NCBI GenBank assembly: GCA_023245155.1
Contig: JAHFKV010000001.1
Coordinates: 459,034 to 523,033 of the forward strand
DNA from: Candidatus Staskawiczbacteria bacterium
Lineage (GTDB): Bacteria; Patescibacteriota; Minisyncoccia; Minisyncoccales; Staskawiczbacteraceae
Reading direction: 5' to 3'
Length of the DNA: 64,000 nt
In this document: positions 10,088-16,893 of the stretch, piece after piece
Layout of the letters: each line of letters opens with the position of its first letter
Position numbering within the stretch: the stretch's first letter is position 1
The notes under the pieces: model-generated
What the model saw: the letters and a program-made list of their open reading frames with translations, nothing else
Databases searched by the model: none
Told to the model about the DNA's origin: nothing
Made by a program: the position numbers and the translations under genes

Positions 10088-10125
10088 CAGAACATGTAAA
10101 ATATGCTAGATTCACCCTAGCATAT
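10084..10125 (+). promoter_or_regulatory. Promoter TTGACA (10084-10089), 17-nt spacer, TAGATT (10107-10112), overlapped by a perfect inverted repeat ATATGCTAG-N7-CTAGCATAT (10101-10125)
   Basis: Read directly. The -35 overlaps the uppS stop codon. The 9-bp palindrome arms span the -10 and the predicted start site. Confidence 0.55.
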
Positions 10126-10150
10126 TTCACTTACACCCAGGAGTCCCGCC

Positions 10151-10510
10151 ATGAAAAGCCAACCCAGCTACCGGCCCGTACTCGAGGTGTTGGAAAAAAG
10201 GGAAGCGACGGCAGGAGGAATCTCTCTTTTTCCGGAGGCCTTCATGCTGTCACCCCTGCCGCCACAAGCGCTTGCTGCGCTCTGGCTCCCAACACACGAA
10301 GAGGTGCCACCCCCTTTCCAGTTGGGGGTGCAAGAAGCCAAGTCCAAGTCATGGTTTCCACCAGAGCATGAGTGGCGTTATCTCGCGCCCAGCCACAATA
10401 CTCCCATGTGCTGGGATCCGTGGCTTGATGCGCGAGTGATTGCCAATCCGTATGCGTCTCTGTTGAATGGCAAGGAGATCGGGTTCTGGATTGAATTTGG
10501 TCTCCTTTAG
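10151..10510 (+). CDS. Hypothetical protein (119 aa), GC-rich, Pro/Trp-rich
   Basis: AGGAG lies 7 nt upstream of the ATG. The gene has its own promoter and terminator. I recognise no family. Confidence 0.5.
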   Translation: MKSQPSYRPVLEVLEKREATAGGISLFPEAFMLSPLPPQALAALWLPTHEEVPPPFQLGVQEAKSKSWFPPEHEWRYLAPSHNTPMCWDPWLDARVIANPYASLLNGKEIGFWIEFGLL

Positions 10511-10533
10511 CCGATTCATCGTGGCTAGAAACT

Positions 10534-10567
10534 AACGTCCCTTCTTTTGGAGAGTAGGGACGTTTTT
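10534..10567. terminator. Bidirectional hairpin terminator shared by convergent genes
   Basis: AACGTCCCT (10534-10542) pairs with AGGGACGTT (10556-10564), followed by a T-run. On the minus strand it directly follows the endonuclease stop. Confidence 0.6.
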
Positions 10568-11087
10568 ATTGTACATTTTGAGCGTGTTTTGTTAGCGACT
10601 TGGCCATGCTCATCCATTTTCCCTGGCGCGTTTTGTTTTTGTACTTACCGGACAATTTGTGCAATTCTATCAGAGAATGCAAATCTGATTTTTCCCATGT
10701 TGATAATGAAACACCCTTGTTTTTGTAAATAATCTGAGCCGCTTTTTGCCACACCTGAAAATCTTTTTTCTTTTCACCAGCCAGTGGATTTTTTTGGAAG
10801 TGGGGGATTACCACATCTTTAATCTCATCAATATTTTGCACTGAAAGCCTCGCCTGGCCGCCCTGCCCTGAGCTTGTCGAATGGGTCACCATTCCACAGC
10901 CAATTTCCCTGCCCGCTTTTTGCAATGTTTTTATTTCGGATTTGGGCAAAGTTACCACAAACTGAATTTTCCAGCGGTAGTAGGTGGGTGAGCCGGTTCT
11001 TTCGTGCCGTGTATCTTTCCTGAACTGCAAATCAAAACAGCCACTTTCATTTACCAATTGTGTAACACTGAATTTTTCTTTTATCAT
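10566..11087 (-). CDS. Free-standing LAGLIDADG-family homing endonuclease (single-motif, about 173 aa)
   Basis: The N-terminal LVNESGCFDL is in the LAGLIDADG position. The family-typical block is VQNIDEIKDVVIPHFQKNPLAGEKKKDFQVWQKAAQIIYKNKG...LIELHKL. The TAAAAT -10 ends 5 nt before the ATG. Confidence 0.7.
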   Translation of the reverse strand: MIKEKFSVTQLVNESGCFDLQFRKDTRHERTGSPTYYRWKIQFVVTLPKSEIKTLQKAGREIGCGMVTHSTSSGQGGQARLSVQNIDEIKDVVIPHFQKNPLAGEKKKDFQVWQKAAQIIYKNKGVSLSTWEKSDLHSLIELHKLSGKYKNKTRQGKWMSMAKSLTKHAQNVQ

Positions 11088-11104
11088 AATTTATTTTAGC
11101 AGAT

Positions 11105-11119
11105 ATTCAATTATGCGAC
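11105..11119 (+). repeat. Left copy of a 15-nt direct repeat ATTC(A/T)ATTATGCGAC
   Basis: Matches 11733-11747 at 14 of 15 positions. The pair brackets the GC-rich cassette. Confidence 0.35.
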
Positions 11120-11165
11120 AAGACCGCTTTCAAAAGGCGGTTTTTGGTTGCGCGACGATGGGGTA

Positions 11166-11193
11166 TTGACAAGTTCTTATAGTGTGCTATGAT
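11166..11193 (+). promoter_or_regulatory. Promoter TTGACA (11166-11171), 16-nt spacer, TATGAT (11188-11193)
   Basis: Read directly. The -10 ends 6 nt before the ATG at 11200. Confidence 0.5.
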
Positions 11194-11268
11194 TAAGGTA
11201 TGGCGATTGGGATGTTCCTATATTCGCTATATACCTTAACGCAGGATGTTTCCTGCAAGGAGTTCTTT

Positions 11269-11667
11269 GTGAAGGCAATCCTGAAACTGATGGGCGTTTC
11301 GGTCAGCAAACTCGAGGCTCTCCAAAAGTTGCTAGCGAGCGACAGATTCCACGGAGTCTACGTTCAAGCACCATGGAGTTCCATTTCGAACAACGAACCG
11401 GAGCAAAAGAGGGTGAACTGGGCACAAGTCGTCCGGTCAACCTCCAAGGATGGCGACGACTATCTCGTTGACCTGGAGCTGGTTCTCAGCTACAGCATCA
11501 ACCACGACGTCGTTACCGTCAAAGATCCGGTTTTGGATGAAGACCGAGAGGAAATGATCCGGGGCGATTATAAAGTCATCCCGCCGTTCAGCCTCGTGCA
11601 AGAGATCTGGACTGTCCTCGGTGTCTATTCCGAATCCGAGCAGCCCAAAAGGATCAAAGTGGGCTAG
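11269..11667 (+). CDS. Hypothetical acidic protein (132 aa from GTG 11269; alternative leaderless ATG at 11200), GC-rich
   Basis: AAGGAG lies 6 nt upstream of the in-frame GTG at 11269. A terminator follows directly. I recognise no family. Confidence 0.5.
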   Translation: MKAILKLMGVSVSKLEALQKLLASDRFHGVYVQAPWSSISNNEPEQKRVNWAQVVRSTSKDGDDYLVDLELVLSYSINHDVVTVKDPVLDEDREEMIRGDYKVIPPFSLVQEIWTVLGVYSESEQPKRIKVG

Positions 11668-11678
11668 TCGCTGATATG

Positions 11679-11722
11679 CCCTGCAAATTACAACATGACG
11701 TTGTGAATTGCAGGGCTTTTTT
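11679..11722 (+). terminator. Intrinsic terminator
   Basis: CCCTGCAAATTACAAC pairs with TTGTGAATTGCAGGG, followed by TTTTTT. Confidence 0.65.
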
Positions 11723-11732
11723 CTTGCTCCAA

Positions 11733-11747
11733 ATTCTATTATGCGAC
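11733..11747 (+). repeat. Right copy of the 15-nt direct repeat
   Basis: ATTCTATTATGCGAC, followed by a perfect 10-bp hairpin at 11753-11776. Confidence 0.35.
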
Positions 11748-11799
11748 TACCAGAGCACCTAACTCTTTAGGTGCTCGGTAAGTGTTCGCTGTGGCTCTC

Positions 11800-12786
11800 T
11801 TAATTCTTCATATTCTTGCCTGAATGAAACTGGCGGTGGACGTCGCGCAAGCGCTTGTTGGTGACGTGCGTGTAAATTTGGGTGGTGGCGATGTTTTTGT
11901 GCCCTAAAAATTCTTGGACGGTGCGGATGTCAACGCCTTGGGTCATTAAATCGGTGGCATACGAATGGCGTAGCGTGTGAGGCGTGGTAAATAGCGGAAT
12001 GCTCGCCAACACAGCATATTTTTTTACAATTCGCTCAACGCTTCGGGGAGTTAAGCGATTATCATTATCCGTATTTTCTTTTTGCAAATTAATAAACAGG
12101 GCCTTGGATTTTGAATTGCGCACCGACAGCCATTTTTTAATCCAATTTAACGCGCGCTCGGAAAAATATACGGTGCGCGGATTACCGCCTTTGCCGATGA
12201 TGCCCAATTCCAAATCCGGTTTATTTTTGATGCTGGCGAATTGTTCAAGGTTTAAGGAAATTAATTCAGCGATACGCAGACCGGTGGAAAACAGCGCTTC
12301 CAACATGGCTCGGTTTCGGATGCTTAAATAGTCGGTGGCATCGGCGGAAGTTAAAAGCTTCTCAATTTGCTCTACGGTCAGGAATTTGAGCGTTTTTTCG
12401 CGTTTATCGCCTTTGGGAAGCGTTATTTTGTCTGGGGGCAATGAAACTATGTCTTTAGCTACAAAGTAGCCTAAAAAGGCCCTTAAAGCGATTAAATAGT
12501 AGTTTTGGGTGCTTTTTTTGAGGGTGGGGCTGAATTCCAGGCCGGTGAAGCCTTTTTGCTTGGGTTTTTGGAATCTGGATAGGTAAAGTCGGTATTCCCA
12601 GATGTGCTCAGAGGTGAGTTGATGGGGGAGCAGGGAAGTCAGGTTTTTGGCCTTTTGCCACTCGGTAAACTTATGCAAGTAGCGCGCATAATTTTTTTGC
12701 GTGTTGTCGCGCAAACCTTTTTCCACTTCGCAATAATCCAAAAAATCCGGAATGTGGTCAATGATAGTTTTAGAAGACTTTTTCAT
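11800..12786 (-). CDS. Tyrosine site-specific recombinase (XerC/XerD/integrase family)
   Basis: The C-terminal catalytic region is HTLRHSYATDLMTQGVDIRTVQEFLGHKNIATTQIYTHV, and the N-terminus resembles a SAM-like core-binding domain. Confidence 0.85.
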   Translation of the reverse strand: MKKSSKTIIDHIPDFLDYCEVEKGLRDNTQKNYARYLHKFTEWQKAKNLTSLLPHQLTSEHIWEYRLYLSRFQKPKQKGFTGLEFSPTLKKSTQNYYLIALRAFLGYFVAKDIVSLPPDKITLPKGDKREKTLKFLTVEQIEKLLTSADATDYLSIRNRAMLEALFSTGLRIAELISLNLEQFASIKNKPDLELGIIGKGGNPRTVYFSERALNWIKKWLSVRNSKSKALFINLQKENTDNDNRLTPRSVERIVKKYAVLASIPLFTTPHTLRHSYATDLMTQGVDIRTVQEFLGHKNIATTQIYTHVTNKRLRDVHRQFHSGKNMKN

Positions 12787-12893
12787 GTTGTTTTCGCACC
12801 CTTATTTTACGCCCCTAGTACCATGTCGCTTTACCTACATTTTGCGACATATTATATATTAAGCATAAGCCCTACTGGGGCTAGTGTCAAGGG

Positions 12894-13271
12894 TTATTTT
12901 GTAACCGTAACTGCCGGACAGCTGCCCAGCTCTTGCGGAGTCACTCCTAAAAATTGTAAAACTTTTTCGGCTAATATTTTTTTTACCGCCGTCGTGGAAT
13001 TTTCCACCAGATTATCTTTTTGCTGGGTTATTTGTTGCTGTACTTGTTCCTGGGTTTTAGCCACTTCCCCACTCACCTGTCCGGCCGGGCCGCTTAATTT
13101 GTCATAAACATTCTTTTTCAGCCAATCCTGGGCTTTCCCGATATAAGTATCTTCTGATTTCACGCCGTTAGAATGCGCCCCCGAGATAATGTTTGGCAAA
13201 AACAATAGTTGGCTCAAAAAAGCTATCACTAATATCAAAATAATAATGGCACTATTTTTTATCAATGGCAT
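12894..13271 (-). CDS. Membrane-anchored hypothetical protein (125 aa)
   Basis: An N-terminal TM helix followed by a Gln-rich coiled segment. It overlaps the gltX start by 20 nt. Confidence 0.4.
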   Translation of the reverse strand: MPLIKNSAIIILILVIAFLSQLLFLPNIISGAHSNGVKSEDTYIGKAQDWLKKNVYDKLSGPAGQVSGEVAKTQEQVQQQITQQKDNLVENSTTAVKKILAEKVLQFLGVTPQELGSCPAVTVTK

Positions 13272-14667
13272 CTTGAATGCGTTGTAATGTTTTCTCCTTC
13301 CCTAAAATTTCGGCAATCTCGGGAGCCGGGGCTGAAGCCTTCTTGCCCGATAATGCAATGCGGAACGGCCAAAAGATTTGACCCTTGTTCTCTCCCGCCG
13401 CTTTTTCAAGCACTTCTTGGATGGCAGCCACTTCCCACTTTTCTAATCCCCGCAATATTTTGTCGCATAATAACAATGCATCTTTCACTTGTTCACGATT
13501 CATCTTGTCCCATGCCAGCAAAGCCGTATCATAATCCAGTTTTTCTTTTAAAAAGAAATCGGCCAGTTCAGTGATGTCTGACAGTTTTTTCATCCGGCCC
13601 TGACATGAAGCTACGATTTTTTCAACCGTTTTGGCGGGCAGATTATGTTCAGGCAAAAATGAGGCGCATAGCTTGGTCAAGGCTGGGACTGACTTTTGAC
13701 GGATATAAAGCCCGTTCATAAAATCGAGTTTTTGTACATTAAACACCGCTCCGGATTTTTGGACTTTTTCTAAGGAAAATTCTTTTTCTAATTCTTTAAG
13801 GCTAAAAATTTCTTGTTCCGTGCCCGGATTCCAGCCCAACAAAACCATAAAATTAATCAGGGCTTCGGGTAAATATCCGGCTTGGTGATAATCGCTGACC
13901 GCTACGTCGCCAGCTCGCTTAGACATCTTAGATTTATCGGCGTTAAGCATGAGTGGCAAGTGAGCGTATTCAAGCTTGGGAAAACCTAAGGCTTCTTGTA
14001 AAAGAATATGCTTTGGAGTGTTGGCGATATGGTCTTCCCCTCTGATGATATGTGAAATTTGCATTTCGTAGTCATCAACCACCACGGCGAAGTGATACAA
14101 GGCCGAATCAATATGTCGGGCAATCACAATATCTCCCATTAAGCCTGCGTCAGACTCAATCTCTCCTCGAATAAGATCAACAAATACCACTTTTTTACTA
14201 GGCACCCTCAAGCGGATTACCCCGCTGGTATTATTTTTATCGCGGCATGTGCCATCGTATTTAGGTGCCAATCCCCTACTCTGTTGATCTTGGCGCTTGG
14301 CTTCCAATTCTTCCGCATTGCAGTTACAGTAGTATGCTTTTTTTTCAGCTAATAATTGTTCCAGATATCTTTTATAAATGTCGGTGCGTTGAGATTGTTT
14401 ATAGGGTCCGAATTTTCCGCCAATGTCTGGACCTTCGTTCCAATCTAAACCCAGCCAATGCAGTTCATCGATGATATTTTGGACGTATTCTAATTTTGAG
14501 CGCTCGGTATCGGTATCCTCAATACGTAAAACCGTCTCACCCCCCATTTTTTTAGCGAATAAATAATTAAATAAAATGGTTCGGGCGTTGCCGATATGTA
14601 AAAGTCCCGTTGGTGACGGCGGAAAGCGCAGGCGGATTTTTTTTGGTACTTCAATTTTCTTTTTCAT
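13252..14667 (-). CDS. gltX: Glutamyl-tRNA synthetase
   Basis: RFPPSPTGLLHIGNARTILFNY (HIGH region) and KMSKR. Confidence 0.9.
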   Translation of the reverse strand: MKKKIEVPKKIRLRFPPSPTGLLHIGNARTILFNYLFAKKMGGETVLRIEDTDTERSKLEYVQNIIDELHWLGLDWNEGPDIGGKFGPYKQSQRTDIYKRYLEQLLAEKKAYYCNCNAEELEAKRQDQQSRGLAPKYDGTCRDKNNTSGVIRLRVPSKKVVFVDLIRGEIESDAGLMGDIVIARHIDSALYHFAVVVDDYEMQISHIIRGEDHIANTPKHILLQEALGFPKLEYAHLPLMLNADKSKMSKRAGDVAVSDYHQAGYLPEALINFMVLLGWNPGTEQEIFSLKELEKEFSLEKVQKSGAVFNVQKLDFMNGLYIRQKSVPALTKLCASFLPEHNLPAKTVEKIVASCQGRMKKLSDITELADFFLKEKLDYDTALLAWDKMNREQVKDALLLCDKILRGLEKWEVAAIQEVLEKAAGENKGQIFWPFRIALSGKKASAPAPEIAEILGKEKTLQRIQDAIDKK

Positions 14668-15772
14668 GGAGGTATTCTAAGATTTCCCTGGCAATGGCTT
14701 TGGCTGCTAATAGTTTTGAAAAGCGCAGGGCGGCTTCTTGCATCTGTTGGCTATGGACCGGGTTCCGGACAATATTATTAATTTCCCCGATAAAAAAGTT
14801 TGGGGTCAAATTTCCCTGTTCAACAATTATGGCTGCTCCGGTGGCTGCATACTGGTAAGCATTTTTTGATTGGTGGTCACCCGCAGCCGTCGGTAAAGGA
14901 ATTAGTATGCTGGGCTTGCCAACAGCGGCAATTTCAAAAATGCTGCCCGAACCCGCCCGGGAAATCACTAAACTGGCAGCAGTATAGGCGTGTTTTAGTT
15001 GCACTTCATCTAATGTTTCGTGTAAGTGGTAATAGGGTGCCAATTCTTTGGGAATAATGGCATCAGCTTCAGCTTTTGTTTGCTTAAAATTCTGTTTGCC
15101 GCATACATGGATTACCTCGTAATTTTTCAACAATTCCCCGGAAATTTCCAAGATAAAATCGTTAATGGTTTGGGCGCCCTGAGAGCCACCATACACTAAC
15201 AGCACTGGTTTTTCAAAGGTAATGCCCAACACTTCCTTAGCACCTTCATTGCTGCCCTCTAGTAATTCTTTTTTAATGGGAGTGCCTACCGTTAGGGTTT
15301 TTTCTAAATCAAAATATTCAGTTTTTTCAAATGAAGTGAATATTTTTTTAGCCCAGGCCGAAGCGGCCATGTTGCTGCGCCCCGGAACAATGTCGCTTTC
15401 ATGGATAAACAAAGGAATGCCCAGAGTTTTTGCGCACCAAGTCACTGGCAGAGCCCCGGTCCCCCCTTTGGAAAATACGAGCTGTGGCCGGATAAATACC
15501 AGCAAGAAAAAGCTTTGCACGAAGCTAATGGGAATTTTGAAGATACCATCAACAATATTGGCCAACGAAAAATAACGGCGTAGCTTACCCGCCAGAATAG
15601 TGTGGTTGATAATCCCCTCTTGGCGCAAGGTATATAGGCTGACCGCGTCATTGGGGCCAATATAATGGATGGCCAAATCATTGGCCGGATGGAGCCTGCG
15701 CAGTTCCCGGGAAACCGCCACCAAGGGCATAATGTGTCCCCCGCTCCCCCCGCCGGTAAATAAGATTTTCAT
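14651..15772 (-). CDS. murG: UDP-GlcNAc:undecaprenyl-PP-MurNAc-pentapeptide GlcNAc transferase MurG
   Basis: MKILFTGGGSGGHIMPLVAV is a typical MurG start. The start is set at the ATG at 15772 (ATGA overlap with the ftsW stop) instead of the ORF-track start at 15925. Confidence 0.9.
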   Translation of the reverse strand: MKILFTGGGSGGHIMPLVAVSRELRRLHPANDLAIHYIGPNDAVSLYTLRQEGIINHTILAGKLRRYFSLANIVDGIFKIPISFVQSFFLLVFIRPQLVFSKGGTGALPVTWCAKTLGIPLFIHESDIVPGRSNMAASAWAKKIFTSFEKTEYFDLEKTLTVGTPIKKELLEGSNEGAKEVLGITFEKPVLLVYGGSQGAQTINDFILEISGELLKNYEVIHVCGKQNFKQTKAEADAIIPKELAPYYHLHETLDEVQLKHAYTAASLVISRAGSGSIFEIAAVGKPSILIPLPTAAGDHQSKNAYQYAATGAAIIVEQGNLTPNFFIGEINNIVRNPVHSQQMQEAALRFSKLLAAKAIAREILEYLHEKEN

Positions 15773-16893
15773 GCGTTTTTGGATATATTTAATAATAGCC
15801 CAATAGCCATCAGTTCTGCAATGATGTGGCTGCCACCGTAGCTGAAAAAGGGCAATGGGATGCCCGCTAGCGGCCAAATCCCTAACGATGAAGCAATGTT
15901 CATAAACGTTTGCACTGCCAGCCAAACTATCACCCCTATGGCCACCAGTTTACCGAATTTATCGGTGGCGTTATGAGAAATTTTTATGCCCTGCCAAAAA
16001 AATAATAAAAAGGTGATGATACAGGCAACGCACCCGGCAATGCCTAACTCTTCACCCAAAATGGCAAAAACCGAGTCAGACATGGCTTGCGGCAAAAAGC
16101 CGAATTTTTGGGTTGACATACCAAGTCCTTTGCCAAAAATCCCGCCTGAACCAATGGCTAAAAGCGATTGGCGTAACTGAAAACCAATACCCAGGGGATC
16201 GGTATCAGGATGCAAAAAAACCAGAAAGCGCTGCACGCGGTAAGGTTCAATTTTTACGAGCAATAAAGCACCGGAAATTCCGCCCAACAACGACAAAACG
16301 GTATGCCATAACGGTGTGCCAGCGGTGAAATAAACCGCCAGTAAGGAAAGAATAATGATGGCCAAGGTGCTCATATCTTTTTGTAAAAACAGCAAAGCGG
16401 AAATAACGGCCAATAAGCAGATAAATGGCACATAGGTTTTTATAAATTGACTCCAAGTTTTTTGGGCAAAGGCCATTACCCCCCGTTGACGGTTTTCAGA
16501 AAACTTAGCTGAAAGCCAGGCTGACAAATAGATAATGGCAGTCAGTTTTAAAAATTCGGACGGCTGAAGGCTAATAGGCCCAATGCTGATCCAGCGGTGG
16601 GCGCCGAAAAGTTTGGTTCCAATAATCGGCACAAACACAACGGCCAGAAAAAACAAATTCAGCAGGAGTAAGGGCAGAGATACTTTTTTTAAAAAATTCA
16701 GCGGAAGGGTAAAAAGGATTACCGCCGCCACCAAGCCGATAGCAATGGAAATAAGTTGGTGGAAAATATAGTGGTTAGTGTTGCCAAAAGCCTGTATGGA
16801 GGCGGGTGCTGAAAGAGTTGCCAGAAAAAATGATCCGGCGGTTAACAGTAGCGCGGCAAAGAATAAAAAATAATAATTAATAGCCCGTCTCAT
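15769..16893 (-). CDS. ftsW: SEDS-family peptidoglycan polymerase FtsW/RodA
   Basis: A 10-TM protein with the conserved C-terminal PLPFFSYGGS motif. It sits between murD and murG. Confidence 0.85.
   Translation of the reverse strand: MRRAINYYFLFFAALLLTAGSFFLATLSAPASIQAFGNTNHYIFHQLISIAIGLVAAVILFTLPLNFLKKVSLPLLLLNLFFLAVVFVPIIGTKLFGAHRWISIGPISLQPSEFLKLTAIIYLSAWLSAKFSENRQRGVMAFAQKTWSQFIKTYVPFICLLAVISALLFLQKDMSTLAIIILSLLAVYFTAGTPLWHTVLSLLGGISGALLLVKIEPYRVQRFLVFLHPDTDPLGIGFQLRQSLLAIGSGGIFGKGLGMSTQKFGFLPQAMSDSVFAILGEELGIAGCVACIITFLLFFWQGIKISHNATDKFGKLVAIGVIVWLAVQTFMNIASSLGIWPLAGIPLPFFSYGGSHIIAELMAIGLLLNISKNA

Noticed and set aside
10084-10371. 95-aa ORF overlapping the 119-aa ORF in another frame.
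   Set aside because: It has no RBS, it starts at the uppS stop and promoter, and its composition is Arg/Ala/Thr-rich. The 10151 frame has an AGGAG at proper spacing.
10084-12786. Prophage or integrative element spanning uppS to gltX.
   Set aside because: Only a recombinase, a homing endonuclease and two orphan genes are present. There are no capsid, terminase, replication or conjugation genes and no flanking tRNA. The recombinase could be the chromosomal XerC/D.
14651-15925. ORF-track N-terminal extensions of murG (to 15925), dnaK (to 37875), typA (to 44269), rpmA (to 9483), pilB (to 26779), tyrS (from 976) and trhO (to 57220).
   Set aside because: In each case the family-typical N-terminus begins at an internal Met. 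The extension overlaps an upstream gene or a promoter element.
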